Source: Eledone cirrhosa (lineage: Eukaryota). Taken from it: 64,000 nt of DNA. The position numbers and the translations under genes were made by a program. Shown piece by piece: positions 14,901 through 28,936 of this stretch; position 1 is the first letter of the stretch; the number at the start of each line of letters is the position of its first letter. The stretch spans positions 117,118,001 through 117,182,000 of the forward strand of contig OZ024741.1 of assembly GCA_964016885.1 (NCBI GenBank), read 5' to 3'. A model generated the notes under the pieces. It saw only the letters and a program-made list of their open reading frames with translations. It ran no database searches and had not been told where the DNA came from.

Positions 14901-15407
14901 TATATATATATATATATATATATATTACACACACAGAAATGTATATATGTTTCTGTGTGTATATATATATATATATATATTACACACACAGAAATGTATA
15001 TATATTTCTGTGTGTATATATATATATTTCTGTGTGTGTATATATCTATATATATTACACACACAGAAATGTATATATGTTTCTGTAGCACTCCTCAATT
15101 CCCCCCTCTCTCCCTCCCGCTATCCCCCTCTTGTAGTCTGTCTCTTTCTTTCACTCTCACTCTCTCTCTACGCGTGCGCAAAAAACATTCGCACGCGCGC
15201 ACGTGTTTTAGCGTCTATTCCCTCTCTCTCTCTCCCTCTCTCCCTCCCGCTATCCCCCTCTCGTAGTCTGTCTCTTTCTTTCACTCTCACTCTCTCTCTA
15301 CGCGTGCGCAAAAAACATTCGCACGCGCGCACGTGTTTCCACTGTCGGACAGACAGACAGAGAAATTGTTGGTTATATATTATAAGGAGATAATTATTAT
15401 ATTATAT

Positions 15408-15590
15408 TGGCAGTATCGGTGGAGGGTCGGACGCCATGCTTTGACGGATAGAGTTACGGCCCTTGCCATTCTGAGTTCAAATCCCGCCGAGGTTAACTTT
15501 GCCTTTCATCCTTACGGGGTCGCTAAAATAAAGTACCAGTAATGCACTGGGTATTTGCTGGCCTTGTGCCAAAAGTAGAAACAATTATTT
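15408..15590 (+). mobile_element. tRNA-derived SINE
   Basis: A-box tggcagtatcgg, B-box gagttcaaatccc, family tail. Confidence 0.85.
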
Positions 15591-15683
15591 TATTATAGGA
15601 ACCAACTTTTTGTGCACTTATTAATTTCTTTTGTGGGCTGGTCGAAAAATGTGCAGAGCGCAGAACTTAGAGGGAATATTGTA

Positions 15684-16363
15684 GGGTAGGTAGGTAGGTA
15701 GGTAGGTAGGTAGGTAGGTAGGTAGGTTGGTTGGTGGGTAGGTAGGTAGGTAGGTAGGTTGGTGGGTAGGTAGGTAGGTAGGTAGGTAGGTAGGTAGGTT
15801 GGTAGGTAGGTAGGTAGGTAGGTAGGTAGGTAGCTAGGTAGGTAGGTAGATGGGTAGGTAGGTAGGTAGGTAGGTAGGTGGGTGGGTAGGTAGGTAGGTG
15901 GGTAGGTAGGTAGGTAGGTAGGTAGGTAGGTGGGTAGGTAGGTAGGTGGGTAGGTAGGTAGGTAGGTAGGTAGGTGGGTAGGTAGGTAGGTGGGTAGGTA
16001 GGTAGGTAGGTAGGTAAGTAGGTAGGTATGTAGGTAGGTAGGTAGATGGGTAGGTATGTAGGTAGGTGGGTAGGTAGGTAGGTGGGTAGGTAGGTAGGTA
16101 GGTAGATAGGTAGGTAGGTAGGGATGGAGGTAGGTAGGTAGGTAGGTAGGTAGGTAGGTAGATAGGTAGGTAGGTAGGTAGGTAGATAGGTAGGTAGGTA
16201 GATAGGTAGGTATGTAGGGATGGAGGTAGGTAGGTAGGTAGGTAGGTAGGTAGGTAGGTGGGTAGGTAGGTAGGTATGTAGGTAGGTGGGTAGGTATGTA
16301 GGTAGGTAGGTGGGTAGGTAGGTAGGTGGGTAGGTGGGTAGGTAGGTAGGTAGGTAGATAGGT
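15684..16363. repeat. (TAGG)n microsatellite array, continuing at 20453-21070 and 22069-22380
   Basis: Direct reading. Confidence 0.97.
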
Positions 16364-19300
16364 ATGTTTCTTTTATTTGCCACCAGGGCATCAAAAGTGG
16401 GACAAGTACAAAGGGGGGAGTTTACACAAAAAGGCGTCCTCAATAAGGAGGAGGCAATAACAAAATATAAAAATAAAATAAGATATAACAAAAAATAAAA
16501 TTTATAACAAAATCCTCAATAGAGAGGAGGCGCCTTGGGGGGTCGCACACACCCCCGAAAAAAGTGTGCAACCCTTTTCCTCAGGAGCACAGAGAGGGGG
16601 TGCTCCCTCGTTCCTTCCTCTTTTCCACCTACAGGCTTATGTAAAGAGAAGGCCCATTCACACGGGCCATTCTCGCCACTTTCACCCACCTTTCATAAAA
16701 ACGACTGGGGTGGAGCACCTCTCTCTCCATCCTGATCCTTCTTCCGAAATGATATCGGAAGAAACGGACCAGTTGTTGGCCAGAGAGAAAGGTGCCTGAC
16801 CTCAGTCCTTTCAGACGCGTCCACCATACAACCTCTTTCGCCATGGCTATTACGCACAGAAACACCGCCTCTGCTTCATCTTTGAAGGGGGGAGGCGGCT
16901 TGATCATTACAATAGACTCGGTGGTCAACCGGATCGGTCCCACCCTTGACAGCAGTTGTTCGACATAGCCCCACAGATCGGCTACGCCCGAGCAGTGTAC
17001 CAATGCGTGTGCAACGGTTTCCTCGTCGCACACGCATCTGGGACAGATTTTTTTGGCGGGGTCCCTACCCGGGCGCCCGTGTCTGTAGAGCCTTTCTCGA
17101 ACGGGTAAAGCCCCTCGGTAGCACTGCCAGGCCAGGGACTTCTGGAAGTTGTCCATAGGTCCCGGGCTGAATGTCCTACCGAACAGGCTGGCCAGTTCGT
17201 CCTCCTCCATGTCTAGGGCTTCTCCGAGGGCGTCGTCGCACCTGCTGCGTACCAGCCCTCTATAGAATGTTGCGGTGGAGTCTCCACTGATAACCGGATC
17301 CGCCTGCCAGAGGGCGGTGAGCGCCTGGGCACACTCAGTGTGCCAGGCGCCCAGTTTTCTCGGTCTTTGCTTGACCCAGGATTGCAGCTCGGTGAGTGAG
17401 ACGAGTCTGGGAAAGGTTCGTCTCACAAACGAGGCCCACACCGGTTGTCCGGTGAGGAATACGTAGAGGTGCCGTAGCCTTAATGCGTGTTTACGCATCA
17501 TTAGCCACGGCATCCCCAGCCCTCCTTTCGAAGGGTGTTGACAGCAGATGGATCTCCTCACCATAGGAGCCCGCCTCTTCCAAAGGAATTGGAAGAGCGC
17601 GCGCTCCATCTTGGTGAGGGTTTCCCTTGGGCAGGGCACTACGGTCAGGCGGTAGTAGATGACGGACGCTATGTAGGTGTTCGCCACCTCCGCCCGACCT
17701 TTCAGGGGTAGTTTGCAACTGGCCCACTTCTGGGTCAGTGCAAACACCCTGTTCGTAACCTCCGGCCAGTTTTTCTCCACCTGGAGGTCCGGTCCCAACC
17801 AGACCCCGAGCAACTTCACCGGGCCCTCCGTCCAGCGTCCGACGACGCCATCGGAGGGCATCGGTCTGCCCCTCCACATGCCGAGTTGCAAACCGATCGA
17901 CTTGTCCCGGTTCAGCTTAGCCCCTGTGAACTTTTCGTACTCCTCCAGTAAGGTGCCGACCGCCTCGATTTCGGAGGCCGTCGACACCATTACTGTCACG
18001 TCATCGGCGTAGGCCGACACCGCTTTCCGCAATCCCGTTTCCAAAGGGATGCCCTGCAACAACTCCAACTTCCGCAGTAGTGGCTCGAGAGTCAACACAT
18101 ACAGAAGGGAGGAGAGAGGGCACCCTTGTCGGATGGACCGCGCGATTTTGAACGGCTCCGAGAGGTAGCCGTTCACCTTGACCCTAGAGCAGATGCGGCT
18201 GCTGTGCATAGCAGTGATCCAGCCCCTGAAAACGGGTCCGAAGCCTGCCGCCGCTAGCACCGCATCCAGGTAACCATGGTCGACCCTATCGAACGCCTTA
18301 GATTGATCCAAGTTGATCAGAGCCCCACCAAAGCCGGGTTCGTTCCCAACCCTCTCTATGATGTATCGCACGAGGTGGAGGTTGTCATGGATGAACCTGG
18401 ACGGGATAGCGCATGTCTGCGCATCTCCCACCAGGTTGCCCACGACAAGCGCCAACCTCTTTGCTAGCACCTTGGCCAAAATCTGTAACTCTGTATTTAG
18501 CAGTGTTATGGGCCTGAAGTTACTTATTTCGTCCCCCTTGTTCTCGTCCTTCCTCACTAGCGTGACTACGCCCTTGGTCACAGTACAGGGAATTCTCCCG
18601 TTCTGTTGCCAGTTGCAGTAGACCGCCTCGAGGAGATCGGGGAACAAGTCAGGTATAGCTAGATATAATTCGTAAGGAAGACCATCGAGACCCGGGGATT
18701 TGCGTTTGCCGCATTGGCTCAGCACGTCCTCTATCTCAGCGGCCGAAATCGGCTCCTCGCAGGACTTCGCCTCCCTGTCCGAGAGGCGCGGCAGGCCGTC
18801 GAGGTATGGACCGAAGTCCACGTTCCCAACCGGCTCCCCGCCCCTCCCGAACAGTCGGGCAAAGTGCCTTTGAAAGGCCTCACACATCTGCTTAGGCTCA
18901 AGAATCGCCCGTCCATCCAGGTCTCGCAAAGACCGGATAGTGGATTTAGTTCCACTGTTGGCCTCCGTCACGCGGGCCCAGCTAACAGCTTTGGTCCCCT
19001 CGTTCCCTAGAGCACGTATTTTACTTCGGACAACGCAGCCTTCGTGCTTCGCGTCGAAAAACTGGCTCAAAGCCGTTCTCGACGCTAGCACTCTGGCCAC
19101 GTCGCCGCTTCTAATTGCCTCTTCTACTCTATCTATTAGCTCCCTTTCCTTCCTATTCCTATCCGCAGCTAGAACCTTACTAAATTCTATCGAGACTACT
19201 CTAATCTCTCTCTTTAGAGATACCCACCACCTGCTGTTGACGATCGCTCCAGTCAACCGTTCCTTAACTAACGTACTAATCCGATTCCTGTAGGCTCTAC

Positions 19301-20452
19301 TTGCCGGCAAGGACAAGTTGAGCTTCCAGTAACCGGGGCCCTGTCTATGAGTTCTGTCAAGGTTGACCATGCAGGTCACTAATTTGTGGTCTGAATAGCC
19401 AACCATGCGCATTTTTGGACAACTTAAAAAGTCCTTACCCTTAATTCTAACTAAGAACCTATCTAGGTACGACCTAGATGATCCGCTACGATTTGCCCAA
19501 GTCCAGGTTGGCGCAGTCGGAAAATCTAGTCGATATCTATCGGCCAGGTCAAATCGACCGATTAACCCTTTGAGGCTATTACACCCCTCTCTATCGGGGC
19601 AGGCCCCTACGTAGTCCCAGCGTGCATCTAGGATACCATTCCAGTCCCCCACTAATAGCAAGGAGCGGGACGTCCCTAGAAAAGTCTCCAGACGATGGAA
19701 GAAGTCCGGCCGCATTGACCCGAAAGGGCCGTAGGCGGCTACCAACCTAAACGCTCCGCCTTTACCACTGCCAAGGTCCAGAACCACTAGTCGACCCTCC
19801 GGGTCCAAATGTACCATCTGTGTTGCGAGACCCAGATGTTTTTGCAGCAGAACGACAACTCCACCCCCACCTCCGGGCTGACAGAGAGATGCGTGCATCT
19901 CAAAGTCATCAAAGGTGGGGGCCAGCTGTCGCACGTTGCTGATCCGGGCCTCGCAAATAACCATCACATCTATACGTTGTGACCTGAGGTCATTTAGAAG
20001 CATTGCTTGCTTCCAAGTTGAGCCCAGGCCACGCGCATTTAAACAGCCTACTCTTAGCATAGCCATGTTGGTGGTGAAGAGAAAAGGCACTTACCTCTCT
20101 GCGTCCCGGGTATCGGGCTGCACAATTTCCATTAGGGTGGGGGATGGGTTGTTGGGTGGGGTGGTGGTTTGTGGAAGTGTGGGGGCATCAGTGTGTTGTG
20201 TGGTTGGGGAGCTTGGAGTTGTGTGGGTGTTTGGGGAGGGGGTGGGATAGTTTTTTAGGAGGACGCGGTTAATGGGCCCGACGCAGGGGGGGACCCACGT
20301 CCTCTTTAAAATTGTTTTTTAAAGTTTTATAGGTGTCCTGTGGGGCCTTAATCATTTTGAGGTGGGGGAAATCCCCTGCCTGGGTGAAGTTAGGCCCTTG
20401 TGTTTTTATTAGATTGTTGTTGTACACAATGTTTAACAGTTTTTTGTTTCTT
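16364..20452 (-). mobile_element. Tx1/L1-clade non-LTR retrotransposon, 5'-truncated within ORF1
   Basis: Intact ORF2. 3' end aataaaagaaac. Flanked by a duplicated gtaggtaggtagataggt within the TAGG array. Confidence 0.9.
16629..20090 (-). CDS. ORF2: AP-endonuclease + reverse transcriptase + C-terminal zinc finger (probable ATG start near 20067)
   Basis: LNARGL, GDWN, LDRF, SDH (APE); KSPGLDG, FRPITLLN, KAFDRVDH, RQGCPLS, YADD (RT); CPRC..ETVAHALVHC. Confidence 0.95.
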   Translation of the reverse strand: MPFLFTTNMAMLRVGCLNARGLGSTWKQAMLLNDLRSQRIDVMVICEARISNVRQLAPTFDDFEMHASLCQPGGGGGVVVLLQKHLGLATQMVHLDPEGRLVVLDLGSGKGGAFRLVAAYGPFGSMRPDFFHRLETFLGTSRSLLLVGDWNGILDARWDYVGACPDREGCNSLKGLIGRFDLADRYRLDFPTAPTWTWANRSGSSRSYLDRFLVRIKGKDFLSCPKMRMVGYSDHKLVTCMVNLDRTHRQGPGYWKLNLSLPASRAYRNRISTLVKERLTGAIVNSRWWVSLKREIRVVSIEFSKVLAADRNRKERELIDRVEEAIRSGDVARVLASRTALSQFFDAKHEGCVVRSKIRALGNEGTKAVSWARVTEANSGTKSTIRSLRDLDGRAILEPKQMCEAFQRHFARLFGRGGEPVGNVDFGPYLDGLPRLSDREAKSCEEPISAAEIEDVLSQCGKRKSPGLDGLPYELYLAIPDLFPDLLEAVYCNWQQNGRIPCTVTKGVVTLVRKDENKGDEISNFRPITLLNTELQILAKVLAKRLALVVGNLVGDAQTCAIPSRFIHDNLHLVRYIIERVGNEPGFGGALINLDQSKAFDRVDHGYLDAVLAAAGFGPVFRGWITAMHSSRICSRVKVNGYLSEPFKIARSIRQGCPLSSLLYVLTLEPLLRKLELLQGIPLETGLRKAVSAYADDVTVMVSTASEIEAVGTLLEEYEKFTGAKLNRDKSIGLQLGMWRGRPMPSDGVVGRWTEGPVKLLGVWLGPDLQVEKNWPEVTNRVFALTQKWASCKLPLKGRAEVANTYIASVIYYRLTVVPCPRETLTKMERALFQFLWKRRAPMVRRSICCQHPSKGGLGMPWLMMRKHALRLRHLYVFLTGQPVWASFVRRTFPRLVSLTELQSWVKQRPRKLGAWHTECAQALTALWQADPVISGDSTATFYRGLVRSRCDDALGEALDMEEDELASLFGRTFSPGPMDNFQKSLAWQCYRGALPVRERLYRHGRPGRDPAKKICPRCVCDEETVAHALVHCSGVADLWGYVEQLLSRVGPIRLTTESIVMIKPPPPFKDEAEAVFLCVIAMAKEVVWWTRLKGLRSGTFLSGQQLVRFFRYHFGRRIRMEREVLHPSRFYERWVKVARMARVNGPSLYISL

Positions 20453-21070
20453 GTAGGTAGGTAGATAGGTAGGTAGGTAGGGATGGAGGTAGGTAGGTAG
20501 GTAGGTAGGTAGGTAGGTAGGTAGGTAGGTAGGTAGGTAGGTAGGTAGGTGGGTAGGTGGGTAGGTAGGTAGGTAGGTAAGGAGGGATGGAGGGAGGTAG
20601 ATAGGTAGGTAGATAAGTGGATAAGTAGGTAAGTAGGTAGATAGGTAGGTAAGTAGGTAGGTAGGTAGGTAGATAGGTAGGTAGGTAGGTAGGTGGGTAA
20701 GAGGGTAGGTAATTAGATAGGTAGGTATGTAAGTAGAAAAATAGGTAGGTAGGTAGGTAGGTAGGTAGGTAGGTGGGTAGATAGGGAGGTAGGTAGGTAG
20801 GTGGGTAGATAGGGAGGTAGGTAGGTGGGTAGGTAAGGAGGGAGGTAAGTAGGTGGGTAAGTAGATAGATAGGTTAGTAGGTAGGTAGGTTGCTGGTAGT
20901 GAGGTAGGTAGGTGCGTCGGTAGGTAGTTTGCTAGGTATGTAGGTAGGTGGGTGGGTAAGTAGGTAGTTAGGTAAGTAATTAGGTAGGTAGATAGGTATG
21001 TATGTAGATAGGTAGGTGGGTAGTAGGTAGGTAGGTAAGTAGTAGATAGGTAGGTGGGTAGGTAATAGAT

Positions 21071-22068
21071 ATGTTTCTTTTATTTGCCACCAGGGCATCA
21101 AAAGTGGGACAAGTACAAAGGGGGGAGTTTACATAACAAGGCGTCCTCAATAAGGAGGAGGCAATAACAATATATAAAAATAAAATAAAATATAACAAAA
21201 AATAAAATTTATAACAAAGTCCTCAATAGAGAGGAGGCGCCTTGGGGGGTCGCACACACCCCCGAAAAAAGTGTGCAACCCTTCTCCTCAGGAGCACAGA
21301 GAAGGGGTGCTCCCTTGGTCTTTCATCTTCCTCACCTATAGTCTGATGTAGAGTGAAGGCCCATTCACACGGGCCATTCTCGCCACTTTCACCCACCTTT
21401 CATAGAAACGGCTGGGGTGCAGCACCTCTCTCTCCATCCTGGTCCTTCTTTCGAAATGATATCGGAAGAAACGGACCAGTTGTTGGCCAGAGAGAAAGGT
21501 GTCTGACCTCAGTCCTTTCAGACGCGTCCACCATACAACCTCTTTCGCCATGGCTATTACGCACAGAAACACCGCCTCTCCTTCGTTTTTGAAGAGGGGA
21601 GGCGGCTTGATCGTTACAATAGACTCGGTGGTCAACCGGATCGGTCCCACCCTTGACAGCAGTTGTTCGACATAGCCCCACAGATCGGCAATGCCCGAGC
21701 AGTGTACCAATGCGTGTGCAACGGTTTCCTCGTCGCACACGCATCTGGGACAGACCTTTTTCGATCGGTCCCTACCCGGGCGCCCGTGTCTGTAGAGCCT
21801 TTCTCGAACGGGCAGAGCCCTTCTGTAGCATTGCCAGGCCAGGGACCTCTGGAAGTTATCCATGGGTCCCGGGCTGAATGTCCTACCGAACAGGTTGGCC
21901 AGTTCGTCTTCCTCCATGCCTAGGGCTTCTCCGAGGGCGTCGTCGCACCTGCTAACCACCAGCCCTCTATAGAATGACGAGGTGGATTCTCCACTGACAG
22001 CCGGGTCCGCCTGCCAGAGAGCCGTGAGCGCCTGGGCACACTCGGTGTGCCAGGCGCCCAGTTTTCTC
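21071..22068 (-). mobile_element. 5'-truncated sister Tx1 copy
   Basis: Highly similar to 16364-17363. ORF 21336-21959 encodes the C-terminus. TSD gggtaggtaatagat at 21056-21070 and 22069-22083. Confidence 0.9.
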
Positions 22069-22549
22069 GGGTAGGTAATAGATAGGTAGGTAGGAAGGTA
22101 GATAAGTAGGTAGGTGGGTAAGTAGGTAGGTAGGTGGGAAAGTAGGTATGTAGGTTGTTAGGTATAAGGTGGGTAGGTAGGTGGGTAAGTAGATAGGTTG
22201 GTAAGTAGGTAGGTAGGTGGGTAAGTAGGTATGTAAGTATGTAGGTAAGTAGGTAGGTAGATAGGTAGGTAGATGGTTAGGTAGGTAGGTGGGTAAGTAG
22301 GTTGGTACATAGGTAGGTTGGTAGTAGGTACGTAGGTTGGTAGGTATGTAGGGAAGTAGGTTGGCACGTAGGAAGGTAGGTGTGCACCCGTAACTCGTGA
22401 TGGAGTCATAGGGCCGCTGTAGTGACATATGGTGTGTCTTGAGCATTTTAAACATGGCGAAACCCATCGTCTCTGCAGGTCTGAACGCAGCTGATTTCTT
22501 CCAGCAAGAGAAAGAAAGAAAGTGGGTGAGAGAGAGAGAGAGAGTGAGA

Positions 22550-22633
<84 letters not shown>

Positions 22634-23724
22634 TATATATATATATATATATATATAAACATATATAAAATTAGAATTTCATTTCTCGCCCTAGCACAGC
22701 TGATACATAAATATAAGTAGACATACACCCATATATATATATATATTCACACTCACACACACACATTTGATTGGTACTTCTTTTATCGACCTCGAAAGGA
22801 TGAAAGGCAAAGTTGACCTCAGTGGGATTTAAAATGGTTGCCATATTTGTAAATTTGTAATAAAAGACATGACCCTTGATATTCAATTAACCTTTAAAGG
22901 AATCAAGAATTTAGCGGGATTTATTAAAAAAATAACATTTTCATGATTAAGATGGTGTTTAGAGCTTGAGTTCTTACAAAATTTAGATGGAAAGATCAAT
23001 TTACAAAAAAAAAAAACAAAAAAAAAAAAACAGTTCTGTATTTTAGAACCGGAATCGGTTTCAGAGGATTTGGTATTAAAAAGGTTAAGAGGAGAAGCCT
23101 AGTGTCTATGATCAATCTTACATTGGTGTGAGATGGGGAGGATTTTATTCTTAAACCAGAGGCCCGACCCAAATGCTTGCTACAGAGCGGACTCTGCTAA
23201 AGGTACCCAAGTGCCATAAGGTGGTGCTATATGGCCTACGGATTAAGTCTACTCGGAATGCAAAGACCCGAAACAAATATAGAAACATTTAATCCGAAAC
23301 CCTAACGACTCTGTCAAATCGCCGCCTCTCTGTACTAAAGATAACGGGTGAAAGGTTTATATCTCGGAGAGAAATAGGACGTTTAGTTTTGATAGGAGTC
23401 AATGAATGTTACAAAAGAGGAGGAACAATAGTTCCATGTATTTAATGTTATTGTTATTACTATTATATTTTTGTGCATGTAGGAAAATTAAGTGTGTGCC
23501 GATGTGCCGTGAGATCACTATAACGATGACCCCTTATAGGGGTCTGGTGGTCTGGTCCATATGCTTGCAACAGAGCGAACTAAAGCAAAAGATAACCATT
23601 GGTGAAGAGGGGACATACACCCCACTTTCCCATATATACAACTGGACTACATTACACTACAGCACTACATGGTGTTTAGGGTCAAACAACAACGTCTATA
23701 CACACACACACACGCACACACACA

Positions 23725-23809
<85 letters not shown>

Positions 23810-24108
23810 GCAAAAACTAAACGGAAACAGCAGGGCAAACTACGCAGTACAATGAAGAAATGTATCAATTTAACGAATTAGGAAAAGAGTTTTTGCGTTT
23901 CAGACAGAATGAGAGATAAAAAAATGAAAGATAAAGATAGAGAGTGAGTAGAGAAAGGAACGATATATATTGACTAGGTTAAAGGTGCACGTGTCTGTGG
24001 AATTCTAAGCCACATAATTTCAAGAGCAGGCAGTTCTGTTGATTGAATCAACTGGAGAACTCGTTGTCGGGAACGTCGATGGTCCAATAGAAATATATAT
24101 GAATATCT

Positions 24109-24160
<52 letters not shown>

Positions 24161-24610
24161 TTATTTATTTATACACGTGTATGTAACAATTTCCAGTGTG
24201 TAATTTCATATTTTTTCACTTGTTTCAGTCTGTAGACTGCGACTACGCTGGTACACCATCATAACTTAGTCGGTCGTATCGACTTCAGTGGTTATTTTTT
24301 CAAATCTGTTCCTTATTTAATCGATCGCTTTGTTGTCGATCTGTTAAGTTACGGGATTAAAACACAGAGAGATACAAAAGTAATCACACACATAGAAACA
24401 CACACACACACTGCTGATTTACACATCAATCGACATTCGGTGCAGGTGACATGATCTCGAACAGAGCAGGCTAGGATTCCTGACCGGACTTTGGTGTCAG
24501 ATCTTATCTCACAGAGGTGGGCTAAACGAGATTCCTCAAAGTTTTATTTTATACCTTTGGGGCAGACAGTTCTCTATATTTTATGGTTGGCAGTGATGGC
24601 TTCAAACGTC

Positions 24611-25875
<1,265 letters not shown>

Positions 25876-27213
25876 CTTGCGTATGTAATTAAGTTTTTCG
25901 TTAAGCTTATGAATGATATTAAGAAATCTAGGTCTTCCAATAACACTTTCGTTCTTTCTGACAACACCAATATATTTACGAAGTCGACAACACTACTTAC
26001 AGCCACTTGGCGCATAACGCTATTACTCCTAAATATAAGAAGGCTAATCCTATGGCCTACCACGACATCAATACAGAGGCCAAAGACCTTGCTGCCGCCC
26101 TTAAGGTAGATAAGAAGCCACAATGCTTAGCTAAGGGTGAGGCGTTTCTCACCCTGAAGGATCACAAGGTAGACTTTGCTTCTAATCCCACGTGCAGACT
26201 ACTAAACCCGATACGCACGGAAATGTGACTAGTCAGTAAGGCTATACTTAGAAACATAGTTAAGACCATTAGGACCAAGTCCACCTGTCCCAGTGGGAGA
26301 ACAGCTACTCCGTCATTAAGTGTTTTAACTCCTTCAACTCCAAAAAAGCGAAGTTCACGCAATTCGACATTGTAGATTTTTACTCGTCAATCTCAGAGAC
26401 CCTGTTAAACAAAGCGTTGCACTTTGCTACTTCTTACACTACCGTCCATGTTTTAGACAGGGAAATCATCGCTCACTGCCGGAAAACCCGCCTCTTCAAC
26501 AATGGAGCAGTCTGGGAAAAGAAGTCAACCACTTCAGAACTATTCGACGTCTCCATGGGATCGTTTGACAGTGCTGACGTATGCGACTTGGTTGACCTAT
26601 ATATTTCAGACATATTAGGTGTTAGATTCCCGGACTTCCACACGGGAATATACCGTGACGATGGATTGACTTTATTTAGCCATAAAAGTGGTCACGACCT
26701 CGACCGGTTTAAAAAAGACTTAGCTTCTACCTTCAATGAGTTAGGACTTAGGATAACAGTAGCTACCAACTTCTCTAGCGTAGATTTCTTAGACATTAAT
26801 TTAAACCTTCGCACACATACCTTCAGACCCTTCCATAAACTTAACGAAAGACTTAATTACATACACAAGGACTCATGCTACCCTCCTAATGTTTTTAGAA
26901 ACTTCGTAAATAATATCAGTACTAGAATCTCTAACCTCTCCTCTAATAAGGCTATCTTTGACAGAGAGGCACCCTACTATAACACGGCATTAGCTAACAC
27001 GGCTTCTCGCAACCAATTACTTACTCCCCACTAACAACAACAGCAATAAGAAAAGAAATCGTAACAATAGACAAATTATCTGGTTCTCTCCTCCCTTCTC
27101 ACTCAACGTTAAAACTAGGAATGTAGGGGAAAACATGTTAGCCCTCTTAGATAGACACTTTCCCACAGGCCACAAATACCGCTCCATCTTTAACAGACAA
27201 AGAGTAAAACTAG
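25876..27213 (+). pseudogene. Penelope-like (Naiad-type) reverse transcriptase, disrupted
   Basis: TLKDHK..F..NPTCRLLNP, FDIVDFY, FDVSMGSFDSADVCDLV, IYRDDGL, VDFLDINLNL, IWFSPPFS. Contains stops and frameshifts. Confidence 0.9.
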
Positions 27214-27216
27214 AGC

Positions 27217-27852
27217 GAAAAAATACTAACTACAGCAATATTGCTGTAGTTAGTATTTTTTCACCCTAGCAAATTTGGTCCTTACGATTCGAACACATGT
27301 ATGTTTATATTAGTGTTCATCTCTCTTGATTATTCAATTATATTGTACGGCTCGGAAAAGCTTTTTTCTTAGAGCTATTTAATTGTAAGAGACTACTCTT
27401 AGTTCTTAACTCAATATATATTTGTCGGCTCCATCATGTAGAGCTAATTTTTAATGTCCTGTCAGCCAGACTGCTATTTTTAGTGGCAGGGAATTTTGAG
27501 ACAAGCTGGGTTCCGAATAACACGTGCGATAATTCATATCGCACACAATTTATTCTCTAATATTTTTAGAAGTGAAAGGATCACTAATTTCTCAACAACT
27601 ACTGAGGAGCAGAGAAACGTGAGAACTTCACTTAATAAGATGTTGCGTAACAGTCTCCAATACTGTCTAGTTGTTACCAGGCATTTTGCCCAATATAGGT
27701 CTGTTATTTTTCTTAATTTTTCTTAATTTAATATTTAAAATTAAGGATAAGAAACCATATTGCTGTAGTTAGTATTTTTCACCCTAACAAATTTGGTCCT
27801 TACGATTCGAACACATGTATGTTATATTAGTGTACATCTCTCTTGTTTATTC

Positions 27853-27860
<8 letters not shown>
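27217..27860 (+). mobile_element. pLTR-type non-autonomous element (period ~519), homologous to 13968-14900
   Basis: Hairpin 27217-27262. 27238-27342 repeats at 27757-27858. Shared blocks gctcggaaa..gagct, aattgtaa, gctcc..tgtagagct. Confidence 0.65.
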
Positions 27861-27904
<44 letters not shown>

Positions 27905-28406
27905 GGCGGGCTTCTGCAGCTTCAGTCTACACAACCTCACACACAAGACATTAGTCAACTCGAGGCTATTGTGGGTGCAGCGCTGCAGGACTGAACAATT
28001 GTTATATTACTCTTTACCACAGCCACGACTTCATCGTCCCATGAGTGAAATTTGGCAAACGTAAACGGTGCGGAAGCCGCAGTTCACTATATATATATGG
28101 CTGTAGGTGTGTATTGTATGCACGCGTATTTCCGTATATATATATGAGGATTTTAGTGACATATACATAAATTTAAATGTGCATTCACACAGACACAGAA
28201 AAGTAAGCGCAGGCGATATGGACAGAAAGACACACAGACACACGTACACGCACACACACAAGTACACACACGCACACACAAACGCACATACACACACACA
28301 GAGTCACATTAATATATGCACAATGTAGTGTACATGTATATGAGTTAGTGTTACTGAGTGTACGGTTGCGTGGATGCATTGCTCTATATGGCTGAGTGTG
28401 TGCATG

Positions 28407-28453
<47 letters not shown>

Positions 28454-28602
28454 CCATGTGTGACAGTGTATACTTGTGCGTATATGTGTGTTTGTGTGTG
28501 TATTTGAGTGTGTGTGCATGTGTCTACGTGTGTATGTGTCTCTCTATATGTCTATCTATATTCTTGCCTGTGTGTATATGATTGTGCTGCTTGTGAGCAG
28601 GC

Positions 28603-28633
<31 letters not shown>

Positions 28634-28654
28634 GTAGCCCGCTCACAAGCACAC

Positions 28655-28704
<50 letters not shown>

Positions 28705-28868
28705 GTGTGTATGTGTGTGTGTGTCCGTATGTATGTGTGTATGTGTGGATATATATATATATAAATATATATGAGCGTGTGTGTATGTGCGTATGTATGT
28801 GTACGTGTGCACGCGTGCGCATGCGTGTGCTTGTGTGTGCTTGTGTGTGTGTGTGTGTGTGTGTGTAC

Positions 28869-28936
<68 letters not shown>

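Larger units (their letters stand above)
12500..15390 (-). mobile_element. Non-autonomous Helitron 2 with nested insertions
   Basis: Reverse complement begins TCtccttataatatataacc...tctgtctgtctgtcc and ends with a hairpin plus CTAG at 12500-12503. Contains an acacacagaaat minisatellite, a SINE and a pLTR-like element. Confidence 0.6.

Noticed and set aside
20085-20100. Splice-donor-like AG|GTAAGT before Tx1 ORF2
   Set aside because: Coincides with the probable ORF1 stop codon; no evidence of splicing.
22887-23088. piggyBac-like TTAA-flanked MITE
   Set aside because: Only ~5-bp terminal inverted repeat beyond TTAA; insufficient support.
27600-27626. CUGAGGA...GAAACGUG
   Set aside because: No stem I or II, and G at the cleavage position.
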